Source of the DNA: Shigella phage vB_SboS_Gloob
Sequence record: OL615011
Length of the DNA stretch: 64,000 bases
Strand: one strand, 5' to 3'
Shown: piece after piece, positions 1 through 8,779 of the stretch
Position numbering within the stretch: the first letter of the stretch is position 1
Layout of the letters: the number at the start of each line of letters is the position of its first letter
Notes under the pieces: generated by a model
The model's input: the letters and a program-made list of their open reading frames with translations, nothing else
What the model was told of the DNA's origin: nothing
Databases searched by the model: none
Translations under genes and position numbers: made by a program

Positions 1-443
1 GGTCAGGTCCATGACGTTGAGTTTCTGCTTCAGACCGGACTGGCGGATGATCTTAGGAATCAGGGTCATCCCGCGTTCCAGCGCTTTCTTAGAGAAGTTG
101 ACAGCATAGCCATCGATAGTCTTGCCAAGAGGGGTCGCCAGGAACTGCTTGGTAGCTTCGATCATGGAAGCAATAACGCGCATTGGGTTCTTGAAGCGAG
201 CGATGGCATCAGGATAGACAGAGCCGCGCTTCTGGCCGATGAAGACCTGACGAACGTTCTTGCCCAGCCCCTGAGGGGTATAGAACTGAATGCGGTATTC
301 CTTTTCATCTTCGTCGATGAAGGTGAAGAACACATCGCCTGCGTTCTTCTTGCCCATGGTCAGCTCATACGGAGCAGAGTTGAACGCTTCGTCCAACTGA
401 TCCTTTTCCTGCATGAACTGAAGGAAATTTGGCTTTGACATTT
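1..443 (-). CDS. hypothetical protein, N-terminal part (gene runs off the left window edge)
   Basis: Manual reverse translation from ATG at about 441-443 gives MSKPNFLQFMQEKDQLDEAF..., open through position 1; absent from ORF track because truncated. Confidence 0.5.
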
Positions 444-518
444 TGTATCTCCTGATGGAATTATGGCGGTTTCTTCTAATTAGCGAAACCAAAAGAGAGC
501 CGAAGCTCTCTTGTCAGA

Positions 519-890
519 TCATGCCCAGGTGGATTTACTTACGGAAAGGTAGTGATCTTTAGACTCGATCAGTTCTTTACCGGATTTGACGATGGCGTCC
601 ATGGAGTAGAATCCAATCTGGAACCCATCTTTCAGGAAGATCGTGTGGTGCATGTGGTCAACTGGCAAACCATTCACTGGGGAATTTTTGAAATTCCAAC
701 CTTCAGCCAGGAATTTTGCGTGGACCGCTTTCATCGTAGCGTCGCGATCACCGTTTGTCATGATACCCATTTCAACGTTGTCTACCAAACCACGGTCAAC
801 AATCTGACCTTCGAGGGTTACAACGCCGAAGCCAAGGGATTCAAGGATAGACATTTCTGGTTTGGTGAAATCTGTTTTGATCGCGTTCAT
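519..890 (-). CDS. hypothetical protein (start moved to the ATG preceded by AAGGA and CTATATC)
   Basis: ORF track 519..911; the track start is the TTG of the upstream TTGAAA element; sigma70-like promoter just upstream. Confidence 0.5.
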   Translation of the reverse strand: MNAIKTDFTKPEMSILESLGFGVVTLEGQIVDRGLVDNVEMGIMTNGDRDATMKAVHAKFLAEGWNFKNSPVNGLPVDHMHHTIFLKDGFQIGFYSMDAIVKSGKELIESKDHYLSVSKSTWA

Positions 891-938
891 GATATAGTTC
901 CTTCGTTTCAAGTTGGTGTCGTACTGCTTATGGAATGA

Positions 939-967
939 AGTATAGGGAAGGATATTGAAGAAGTAAA
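939..967 (-). promoter_or_regulatory. sigma70-like promoter (TTTACT, 17 nt spacer, TATACT), copy 1 of a duplicated cassette
   Basis: Hexamers read on the minus strand upstream of the gene at 519..890; overlaps an upstream hairpin at about 967..982. Confidence 0.45.
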
Positions 968-997
968 GGGGCGAAAGCCCCTTTTATTGAATTATTT

Positions 998-1636
998 TTA
1001 CGGCGTTGGGTTCACCACAGGAATATGGAATCTGATCCCGGCGATGATATCCTTCAGCTGAGGCTTCCATCCATCCACCAAACGGGGGAGAGCGATAGCA
1101 CCAGGCTGAACTAAAATGATGTCGCTGCCTGTGATATTGTGCTGAGGGAACTGGGCAAGGTACTGCTCCATGGTGACACCCTCATCAATCAGAACCGCAC
1201 CGACGTCAGACGATGCGTAGGTTGCACCCAGACCGTCAACGCCCCACGCCAAGATGCCCCAGTCAGGGATGTTGGCTTCAGATGTGATGGTGAATCCAAA
1301 CACGGTGTTCAGCGAGGTGAAGGAATAGACATCGTGAGTTATGTCATACACCAGATACCCCTTGGCCAGCATATCGGCAAAGATCGCGTCCGTATCTCCC
1401 GCCGCCAGAGTCGGTACAGTAAACAACAGCTCGCCCTCAGGAGGGGCAGGATACGTGCCGAGGGCATAGAGGCACCATGCATCAATGCACTTCTTAATGA
1501 ACGCCTCGGGTGCGACGTAATCGGCAAGGCGCACAGTCCCCGAGTACTCGGATACGATGATTCCTTCCTTCGCGCCCTGTAGAGCGATGAAGACCAAGAT
1601 ATGTTCATATCCGGTCTGAGATGGAGTGATGTTCAT
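998..1636 (-). CDS. hypothetical protein
   Basis: ORF track 998..1732; start moved to internal Met (MNITPSQ), which overlaps the stop of the upstream gene (ATGA coupling). Confidence 0.5.
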   Translation of the reverse strand: MNITPSQTGYEHILVFIALQGAKEGIIVSEYSGTVRLADYVAPEAFIKKCIDAWCLYALGTYPAPPEGELLFTVPTLAAGDTDAIFADMLAKGYLVYDITHDVYSFTSLNTVFGFTITSEANIPDWGILAWGVDGLGATYASSDVGAVLIDEGVTMEQYLAQFPQHNITGSDIILVQPGAIALPRLVDGWKPQLKDIIAGIRFHIPVVNPTP

Positions 1637-2250
1637 TATCTTGTCCTCTTCAGTTTCTCTATCGTGCGCTTGTTCATGGCGATCACCCGAGGATCTACCT
1701 CGGAGATGGTCCGGCCTTTGAAGGACACACATTTCTGAAGATATTTAGCTTTCTTCACGACGTCAGCGGCATAAGCGTTCGATGCGGGATTACGGGCGAA
1801 GCCAGCATTGTAAGAGGAGAGGGATTTGCGTACATTCTGCTTGTGATAGGTCAGCCAGAACTGCATCTCATCGAGGGCGGCTTGCGCGGCATATTCTTGG
1901 TCGGTCAGCAACTTTATGGCGACATTGGCATAGCACTTGCGATTCTTACAACCTTCGCGATCACCAACTGTCTTCACCTTGTTCTGAAAGGCTCCCATGT
2001 TGGCCGCCTTGAGACCGTAGCGCATTGACACTACATCTTCACCAGCACGGCTCTCTCGCCAAGATATGGCAGCCAGGGTGTAACCAAGATCTTGTGTCTT
2101 GCCTATGTGATAGGCAGTTGCCAGCGTATTAAGTTGTTGCTCAGAGAAATCATAAACACATTGACTTGTATTTTGGGAAGCGTGCACATTCCCGCTGGCA
2201 ATGGTAAAGGTCACGGACAAGGCCATGGCCTTCAACGTTGTCATCGTCAT
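1636..2250 (-). CDS. secreted protein with lytic-transglycosylase-like (SLT-like) ES...GL motif
   Basis: N-terminal signal-peptide-like segment (MALSVTFTIASGNVHA); ISWRESR...YGL motif; late-promoter-like motif upstream. Confidence 0.35.
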   Translation of the reverse strand: MTMTTLKAMALSVTFTIASGNVHASQNTSQCVYDFSEQQLNTLATAYHIGKTQDLGYTLAAISWRESRAGEDVVSMRYGLKAANMGAFQNKVKTVGDREGCKNRKCYANVAIKLLTDQEYAAQAALDEMQFWLTYHKQNVRKSLSSYNAGFARNPASNAYAADVVKKAKYLQKCVSFKGRTISEVDPRVIAMNKRTIEKLKRTR

Positions 2251-2328
2251 GATGGCGTTCCTTATGTGGATTGTCGACTTGCAGCTCGCTTGAGCCTCCT
2301 GACAGGGGTTAAAAGATAAAGGGCACGT

Positions 2329-2339
2329 GGTATTTAGTG
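2329..2339 (-). promoter_or_regulatory. late-promoter-like motif CACTAAATACC upstream of the SLT-like gene
   Basis: Lies within a short palindrome in the 2251..2349 intergenic region. Confidence 0.4.
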
Positions 2340-2349
2340 CCCTTTGGCC

Positions 2350-2628
2350 TCATTCATAGATGAGGTGGTAGGATTCTTCGATGCACTCCAGCCAGCCGTA
2401 GACGAACTGTAGAGGGTCATCCCAGTCACACGCCTTGCCGATCGTGAACTGACCGTCTAGACAATCCCCGCGCTCGTAGAAGTTCACGGTGCCATCAATC
2501 GTGATAACGTTTCCAGTCTGCATCACTGCTTTGACACCAACCGCAACCTTGTGGTGTTTATGTTTCGCATTCCAGGTATCAGCAGCAATCTGGCCTGCCG
2601 AAAACAGTTCAACGTTGTCTTCTTTCAT
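2350..2628 (-). CDS. hypothetical protein
   Basis: 92-aa ORF in the same-strand gene train. Confidence 0.4.
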   Translation of the reverse strand: MKEDNVELFSAGQIAADTWNAKHKHHKVAVGVKAVMQTGNVITIDGTVNFYERGDCLDGQFTIGKACDWDDPLQFVYGWLECIEESYHLIYE

Positions 2629-2938
2629 ACGTTTGTCTCAGGTGTTCAGTAAAGGATTTACCCAGCTTGCGGAATAGTTTAATACGACCAATGACTTTGA
2701 CGTAAACATCTCCGTGGCAGGGGCGTGGCTTACACCAGCACCCCAAGATCTTCCCGTCAAGCTCAAGGAGTTCATCCTCGGTGATATCCCCTTCAATCAG
2801 GCGCACATACAGGTCTTCTTCAAACAGTTCGATGCAGACGCCTCGTCCATGGTCTTTGACCTCGAACGGGTTCCCCCATTTACCAGGCCGACCAATGTAG
2901 ACATCGTATGGATCCTTCTTGAAGTGTACGACTTTCAC
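2609..2938 (-). CDS. small protein with RPGKWGNPF motif (DUF4326-like)
   Basis: VYIGRPGKWGNPF motif; proposed GTG start overlapping the upstream stop (GTGA). Confidence 0.35.
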   Translation of the reverse strand: MKVVHFKKDPYDVYIGRPGKWGNPFEVKDHGRGVCIELFEEDLYVRLIEGDITEDELLELDGKILGCWCKPRPCHGDVYVKVIGRIKLFRKLGKSFTEHLRQTYERRQR

Positions 2939-3249
2939 ATATCCTCCAGGTCGTCCCCTACCACAACCATGAATTCTAAGCCCCTGTCCATGATCAAGTC
3001 TATCGCTCTGGTGCTGCCGCTCCCCTGAACACACCAGTATTTGAATGGTCCAAAACGGTGTAGAATCTTGATGATCATCAACTGCATGCTTTTGTGGGCG
3101 TCATTGTAGCGCGACTTGTACTTCTTGGAGAACCATCCGTGGTTCAGGCTTTTGTAACGGTAAAGGAACCACAGGCGAACAGCCTTGTACAAACGCTTTT
3201 TCGCGCCTGTGGAATCCTTTGAAACCCTGATTACTTTGTTCATGATCAA
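2935..3249 (-). CDS. hypothetical basic protein
   Basis: 104-aa ORF; ATGA overlap with the gp46-like gene. Confidence 0.4.
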   Translation of the reverse strand: MIMNKVIRVSKDSTGAKKRLYKAVRLWFLYRYKSLNHGWFSKKYKSRYNDAHKSMQLMIIKILHRFGPFKYWCVQGSGSTRAIDLIMDRGLEFMVVVGDDLEDM

Positions 3250-5582
3250 TCCTTCTTGATAACTTCGGTCAGGCCGTTGCGCAGGCCATAGCGGATGTTG
3301 TGAGGGAAGTACTCTTGGAACTCCTGCTCACGCTGACTGATGACAAACAGGTTGTTCCCGCCGAACTTATGCTTCAGCATCTCAACCGATTCCTGCACCC
3401 CGCGCTCGCTCATGTTCTCAAGGATTTCGTCCAGGACAAACAGGTTACATTGCACCGATGCCTTGAGGTTAGCCACGTCGCGCAGAGCCAGTGTCACAGC
3501 CAGGTTCAGGCGGCTCCGCTGGCCAGTAGACAGGGAGAAGATGCTCTGCCCCTTGCGACCTGCTGCACTCATGGTGATCTCAAAGGTATCGTCAACAACG
3601 ATGTCCAGGAACATGTTGAGGGCTTCAAGATACTCGTTGATCTTGCTATTGAGGAATGGCAAGTACAGGGCGATGATGCGCGCCTTGGTCTGGTCATCCT
3701 TCAAGAAGAACAGCAGGTGCTGTAAGTCCTGGAGTTCCTCATCTGCATCTTCACGGAGTTCATACAGAGCCTCCAGTTCACCTTCCAATGCAGCGATAGA
3801 GTTCTCCAGGTCGGCGGTAGGCGTCGGCTGTACAGCCAGTTTACGCTCCAGATCGGCAATGGACGCCACGAGAGGAGCACGACGGGCTTTCAGCTCGGCG
3901 ATCTTATCATCGACGGCTTTAATCCCGCTGACGGCATTCTCTCGCGTCTGTTGCAGCGACGCAGTGATGTCTTCAAAACGAACGTTCAGCGCCTTGCGGA
4001 TGTCAAGGATCTTCTGTTGGCATTCACGGTTCAGCGAATTACACTCAATCGTGGCCGCTTCATGGAACCCCTGAATGTCACGGTGCAGCTGCTTGATGTT
4101 GTCAACGATTTCGTCGGCCTGCTTGCGCATTGCATCCAGTTCGGCATCTAACACAGCAATGTCAGCAACCAGCTTGTCGTCCTGAGCCTTGTGACCATCA
4201 ATCAGGGCGGTGACATCGGCAGTGACCTTATCCAGCTGATCCAACTTCGCCTGCAGTTCCTGTATCTGAGGGTTGTACTTGCTCTCAATGCGCGCCTTGG
4301 TATCATCAGACACCAGCTGGGTGCATGTTGGGCAAGTCCCCATATCGTGGAAGCGCTTGATGGCCGCTTGATGACCATCCATTTCTGTTTGGAAACGGAT
4401 ACGGAAGTTCTCACCCTGTTGGCGGCGCTGGATAGCAGCGTTCAGAGTGTCCAGGTTGGCGTTGCGTTCGGTGAGCAGGGTGTTCTTGCTCTCGGCTACT
4501 GTAAAGGCGCGGTCGCGCAATACCTGGAGATCATGCTCCGCAGTAGACACTTCGATGCGCTCATAATCGTCAGCCTTGTCCTGAGCGGCATCCTTCACCG
4601 CCTGGATCTTGGTATCAAAGTCTTTCTTGACAGCCTCGATCTCCACCATGGATTCGTCATGAAGGCGGCTTTCCACCGTCTTCATTTCCTGAGTGGCTTC
4701 GAATTCCACGGCAGTGAGACGGGTGCGCTCCTCATTCTGCGCGGCAATGTCAGCGTCCAGCGATACCAGGGCTTCCTGTTGCTGTACAAGGATATCGGCC
4801 GACTGCTGTTGGATAAGGGCATTGGATTGCTCTATCTGCTGCAGCTGCGTCTTCTTGTTGGTGTGGTCAACAACCTTCAACGCACATTCATTCGCGATCG
4901 TGTCCAGCTTTTCGTTCGCTTTCTTGATGGATGCCTTGACATCTTCGTTCATCAGGCTGAAGAAGCCCAAGTCCCAGATAGTCTCCACCATCGCGCGACG
5001 GTCGGCGGTGTACATCTCCGTGAACGGAATGAACTTCTCTTTGCCCAGCACCAGAGAGTTCTCAAACATCTTCTGGTCCACGCCGATGAGGTTCACGATG
5101 TACTTGTTCATGTCGGCTTTGGCTGCTTCATTATCGATCTGCAACCACTTGCCGTCCACCATCTGGTAGACTTCAACAAAGTCAGGTTTAATGCCACGGC
5201 GAACCTTCCATTCGCTACCACGGCAGGCAAACTCCACCTCACCCACACATTCCTTGCGGCTCTGTGAGTTTACCAGGCCTGCCTTCTTCTCCTTCTTACT
5301 GTACGTGTCGTTGTACAGTACGAAGAACAGCAGCCACACCAGCATCGTGGATTTACCCGCGCCGTTATCGTCAGACGTGACGAGGGTAGCCGGGTTGCGC
5401 TGGTAATCAATCTCCATGAACTGATTACCGATGGAGCGGAAGTTCTTGGCGCGGCCTTTGCGGAAGGTCAGTTTGTGCGTAATGTTGTCACGCACTTCAA
5501 ATGGGACTTCGACCTCAACCGGAGTGTCGGCTTCCTTCAAAAGATTGCCAAATTTGGCCAGGATATCTGTGCTCTGAGTCAT
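3246..5582 (-). CDS. 46: recombination endonuclease subunit, Rad50/SbcC-like ATPase (T4 gp46-like)
   Basis: N-terminal Walker A (NGAGKST), long coiled coil with CPTC zinc hook, C-terminal signature LSTGQRSR and Walker B (FVLDE). Confidence 0.85.
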   Translation of the reverse strand: MTQSTDILAKFGNLLKEADTPVEVEVPFEVRDNITHKLTFRKGRAKNFRSIGNQFMEIDYQRNPATLVTSDDNGAGKSTMLVWLLFFVLYNDTYSKKEKKAGLVNSQSRKECVGEVEFACRGSEWKVRRGIKPDFVEVYQMVDGKWLQIDNEAAKADMNKYIVNLIGVDQKMFENSLVLGKEKFIPFTEMYTADRRAMVETIWDLGFFSLMNEDVKASIKKANEKLDTIANECALKVVDHTNKKTQLQQIEQSNALIQQQSADILVQQQEALVSLDADIAAQNEERTRLTAVEFEATQEMKTVESRLHDESMVEIEAVKKDFDTKIQAVKDAAQDKADDYERIEVSTAEHDLQVLRDRAFTVAESKNTLLTERNANLDTLNAAIQRRQQGENFRIRFQTEMDGHQAAIKRFHDMGTCPTCTQLVSDDTKARIESKYNPQIQELQAKLDQLDKVTADVTALIDGHKAQDDKLVADIAVLDAELDAMRKQADEIVDNIKQLHRDIQGFHEAATIECNSLNRECQQKILDIRKALNVRFEDITASLQQTRENAVSGIKAVDDKIAELKARRAPLVASIADLERKLAVQPTPTADLENSIAALEGELEALYELREDADEELQDLQHLLFFLKDDQTKARIIALYLPFLNSKINEYLEALNMFLDIVVDDTFEITMSAAGRKGQSIFSLSTGQRSRLNLAVTLALRDVANLKASVQCNLFVLDEILENMSERGVQESVEMLKHKFGGNNLFVISQREQEFQEYFPHNIRYGLRNGLTEVIKKD

Positions 5583-5583
5583 G

Positions 5584-6699
5584 TTATGCGTCCAGTTTGT
5601 TCAGGCGTTGTTGGGCAGCATTGTAGAAGTGCTCTGCAAGTTTACAGACGTTTTCAGGGCGCTGGATGTTGTTCCCGGCGCGGATATCCTTCTTCAGGAC
5701 TTCCACTGCATCGGTTGCCACCATCTCTTCGGTGACCTCAACCTTCTCAGCCGCCACGGTGATAGTCCGGTCGATGAAGTTGTAGTCAATGCACTTGCAG
5801 CGCTTCATGGCATCACAGAACTTTTCATAATGCTTAGCATTGTCGCGGTTCTGTACGATAACCTTAACGATTTGCCCTTCAATACCCAAGCCTGTGTTCA
5901 GCCATTCTGGGTCGATCCAGTTACCCTCATCGTCTGAGGACAACTTGGTGTAGTCATACTCCACATAGCGGAACAACGTCTGGTGCTCGCTGTTGGGGAT
6001 GAATACCTCTCCGCCGCGCATGTCGTCCACATAGAAGCCACGGTTGGTGCCGTCTTTGTAGTCTTCCCAATTCAGGTGATACGGAGTCCCAAGATACTGA
6101 ATGTTACCTTCCATCGAACGGGTATGGAAATGCCCCGTGTCGACCCTGTCAAACTTGGAAAGGAGCGCAACGTCGATCTGACCGTGATCACAAGTAGAGG
6201 ACTGGTACATTTTGAACCCCGCCAACTCCAGATGCGCAAAACAGTACTTGGCGTCCGTAGCGTGTATCGCCGCAATAGATGCATCGTAGTTTTCCTTATT
6301 GATCCACGGTAGGAGCAGAGTCTTGACACCCTCGATCATCACTTCGGTCGGTTCGCTGTAGTAGCAGTACACATCTGGGTCGAGTTCGTTCAGGTAGGAT
6401 GGCCAGTTGATGCGGTTGGACTCTTCCAGGGTGATGTCGTGGTTGCCAACAATGCCATTCCACTTGATACCAGCCTCTTTCAGCGCCGGAGTCAGCTCAT
6501 CTTTCAACCAGTCCTTGTCACGACCGTACATGAATTTGCGGACATCAAATGTGTCACCAAACTGCCACACCTCATGGATGTCGGAGGCGACAAGTTCAGG
6601 GATGAAATAATTGATGAGGTAGTTCTTGATGAAGTCGCGAACGTAACGGGAACCATTACGGCTCCCGATATGCAGATCGCCGATTTTAGCAATCGCCAT
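5584..6699 (-). CDS. 47: recombination nuclease subunit, Mre11/SbcD-like (T4 gp47-like)
   Basis: GDLHIG, GDTFD and GNHD phosphoesterase motifs, collinear with T4 gp47. Confidence 0.85.
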   Translation of the reverse strand: MAIAKIGDLHIGSRNGSRYVRDFIKNYLINYFIPELVASDIHEVWQFGDTFDVRKFMYGRDKDWLKDELTPALKEAGIKWNGIVGNHDITLEESNRINWPSYLNELDPDVYCYYSEPTEVMIEGVKTLLLPWINKENYDASIAAIHATDAKYCFAHLELAGFKMYQSSTCDHGQIDVALLSKFDRVDTGHFHTRSMEGNIQYLGTPYHLNWEDYKDGTNRGFYVDDMRGGEVFIPNSEHQTLFRYVEYDYTKLSSDDEGNWIDPEWLNTGLGIEGQIVKVIVQNRDNAKHYEKFCDAMKRCKCIDYNFIDRTITVAAEKVEVTEEMVATDAVEVLKKDIRAGNNIQRPENVCKLAEHFYNAAQQRLNKLDA

Positions 6700-7427
6700 T
6701 ATTCTGTTTCTCCTTCGGTTTCGTCCAAATCGAATTGGGTTTTGCCGAAGTCCTGATCTGAATTGTCTTCGGCCTGCGCTGTTACCGTATTCTTAGCCTG
6801 CGCCATGTATTGAAGTATGCCTTTCGCAATCTTTTTATTCGATTCTGCGAGACGAGCTGCCTCCACCTTCTCTCGCTCCTTCTGCCTTTGAGCGTCCTTT
6901 TTGTTCTCAAAGTTGCCGATACGTTCACGGAAGTCCATGCCAATCCCTGTCGCATCAACAAAGATCTCTTGTTGGAAATCGGGATCGTCTGCCAGCCCTG
7001 CGAACCCACCCGCCTCTTCAAATGAGCGCAATTTGATGTACGTATGTTCTTCTTCGATATTCAGTTTACGAGCAAATGAGCGATCCGCACACATGGTCAC
7101 CCAAGAGAAGAAGTTGATCTTCCCTTTCTTTCCAATGTGGTCGACGTCAAAGGTGTGGAGGTAACGCAGGATGTTGACGATTGCTTCAGAGACCATGTCT
7201 TCACGGAAGGGATAGTCGCGATAGTTGTAGCGGGTGCTCATCTTGGTGATGATGCGCTGGACCTGTAGAGCAACATAGTTGGGGATCTTTGGAAGCCTGG
7301 TGCCTTCAGCCAGAGCCTTCTTACGAGCAGGGATCCAATCACGAAGGATACTGATGACACGCTCGTTATCTTCGTCCGTGAAATATTTGACGACATTCTC
7401 GCCACGATCAACATAATTCATACCCAT
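6699..7427 (-). CDS. 55: late-transcription sigma factor (T4 gp55-like)
   Basis: Segment-by-segment resemblance to T4 gp55 (ILRDW, RYNYRDY, HTFD, NFFSWVTMCADRSFARK) with an acidic C-terminal extension. Confidence 0.6.
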   Translation of the reverse strand: MGMNYVDRGENVVKYFTDEDNERVISILRDWIPARKKALAEGTRLPKIPNYVALQVQRIITKMSTRYNYRDYPFREDMVSEAIVNILRYLHTFDVDHIGKKGKINFFSWVTMCADRSFARKLNIEEEHTYIKLRSFEEAGGFAGLADDPDFQQEIFVDATGIGMDFRERIGNFENKKDAQRQKEREKVEAARLAESNKKIAKGILQYMAQAKNTVTAQAEDNSDQDFGKTQFDLDETEGETE

Positions 7428-7438
7428 TGTGGGAACCC

Positions 7439-7966
7439 TCAGATACCGATAAATTCATCAAAAGATCCAACAACCTTCTTCACTGAGATCTTGTCATTCT
7501 CAATCAGGAAGTTGCTGTCGTTTTTGGCTGCTGTGGCCCAGTCATCGGCAAGTTCGTTACCTTCGTGCCCCGCATGACCCTTAACCCATTTTAGTTCAAC
7601 TTCACAAATTGAACAAACGAGATCATAGATTCTGAACAGATCTTTGATGAGTTCAACGTTCTTGTCTGGGAAGCCCTGATACTCCCACTTCGCTCGCCAT
7701 TCGGTGACGCTCTTGATGGTGTATTGGCTGTCAGACCAAATTGTTGCCTTTGGTATTCTGCGCTCACCCTTTCCTGAGAATGCCCACAGCAGCTTCAATG
7801 CGTTGGTCACACCCAACAACTCGGCGATGTTGTTGGTGGACGGGGGAGGCAGGTGACCGAAGAACACCTTCCATTGCATACCCGATATTGGCCTGATGAC
7901 AAATGCCCATCCTGCGGCCTGGTTGGTCTTCGGGTTAGAACCCCCGTCAGAATAAATTTCTATCAT
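7439..7966 (-). CDS. rnhA: ribonuclease HI
   Basis: Strong match to the RNase HI fold: IYSDGG, TNNIAEL, WSDSQY, KWVKGHAGHEGNELADDWA; ORF track 7439..8062, start moved to MIEIY. Confidence 0.85.
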   Translation of the reverse strand: MIEIYSDGGSNPKTNQAAGWAFVIRPISGMQWKVFFGHLPPPSTNNIAELLGVTNALKLLWAFSGKGERRIPKATIWSDSQYTIKSVTEWRAKWEYQGFPDKNVELIKDLFRIYDLVCSICEVELKWVKGHAGHEGNELADDWATAAKNDSNFLIENDKISVKKVVGSFDEFIGI

Positions 7967-7968
7967 GA

Positions 7969-7976
7969 TATAAATA
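7969..7976 (+). promoter_or_regulatory. T4-type late promoter core TATAAATA
   Basis: TATAAATA about 36 nt upstream of the plus-strand ATG at 8012, in a divergent intergenic region. Confidence 0.45.
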
Positions 7977-8011
7977 TCCCAAACTGGTTTTATAGAAAGA
8001 GGAATGAAACT

Positions 8012-8779
8012 ATGGCACCCCGCGCATATCGTTTCAGTCTCACCGCCCCGCAGATTGAGCAATTGCTCCTTTCTATCAATGATGCTATCAAGTCAGAAGA
8101 TATCATCTATGATTATGCTGCAGGTGGGACTGTTGGGCAAGTCGCAGCAGCGTCTGCCGTCAAGAACATGTGGTTGAAGCTCAACGAGATGGTAACAGGC
8201 CAAGGCCTCAAAGATGCCATCAACGCTGCAGAAGACAGCAACGTGTTCACCGACTATTATAAGTCTTTACTGGATCGCGAAGGCTGGAAATTTATTGGGT
8301 CTCCGGCAGATGAACTTGAGCGAGGCGACATCGACACCGCGAACTTCACGGGTGGTGAGGTCATTCTACTTCAGAAGAACGCTTCAGGCAACCCCGAATT
8401 CCAATACTGGAAGCGTACCCCGGTTGCTGGGGGTGATCCTACCTTTGCATGGGCTTCGGTCTATGAAGGGAACTCCAATGACTCTTCCATTGAGATCCCT
8501 GTGGTTGGCACCAGCGTACTCAAGGACATCCCCAAGGCGCTCTTCCATATGATCGAGTTCAGAGTGCATGTCTACGATGAGACACTGGGTCATTGGCAGG
8601 ACACCGACGGAAAAGTAGGGTATCGTGGCGAGGATCTGTTCTACAGCGTCTACAACCATGTTCAGACCAAACCTCTCGCCACCATTGACTTCAGTCAAGA
8701 CACAGATAGCATGACAGTCTCTGTTACTTCCCTGGAGCCGAATGTCAAATGCCATCTGTCGTTTATCGCTGGTTACTAA
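8012..8779 (+). CDS. hypothetical protein, probable late gene (one of few plus-strand genes)
   Basis: ORF track 7853..8779; start moved to MAPRAY preceded by AGAGGA. Confidence 0.5.
   Translation: MAPRAYRFSLTAPQIEQLLLSINDAIKSEDIIYDYAAGGTVGQVAAASAVKNMWLKLNEMVTGQGLKDAINAAEDSNVFTDYYKSLLDREGWKFIGSPADELERGDIDTANFTGGEVILLQKNASGNPEFQYWKRTPVAGGDPTFAWASVYEGNSNDSSIEIPVVGTSVLKDIPKALFHMIEFRVHVYDETLGHWQDTDGKVGYRGEDLFYSVYNHVQTKPLATIDFSQDTDSMTVSVTSLEPNVKCHLSFIAGY

Noticed and set aside
1637-1732. N-terminal extension of ORF 998..1732, and similar extensions of 7439..8062, 29922..31523, 27476..28519 and 13291..14043
   Set aside because: Internal Met codons with ribosome-binding sites, or start/stop overlaps with the upstream gene, give proteins that begin where the homologues begin; the extensions read through the upstream coding sequence
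4191-5267. Long plus-strand ORFs (for example 4191..5267, 9442..9876, 15375..16157, 16971..17882, 19371..20396, 30336..31244, 53606..54493) lying entirely inside minus-strand genes
   Set aside because: They overlap well-supported homology-backed minus-strand genes, have no ribosome-binding sites or recognisable domains, and look like antisense shadow ORFs
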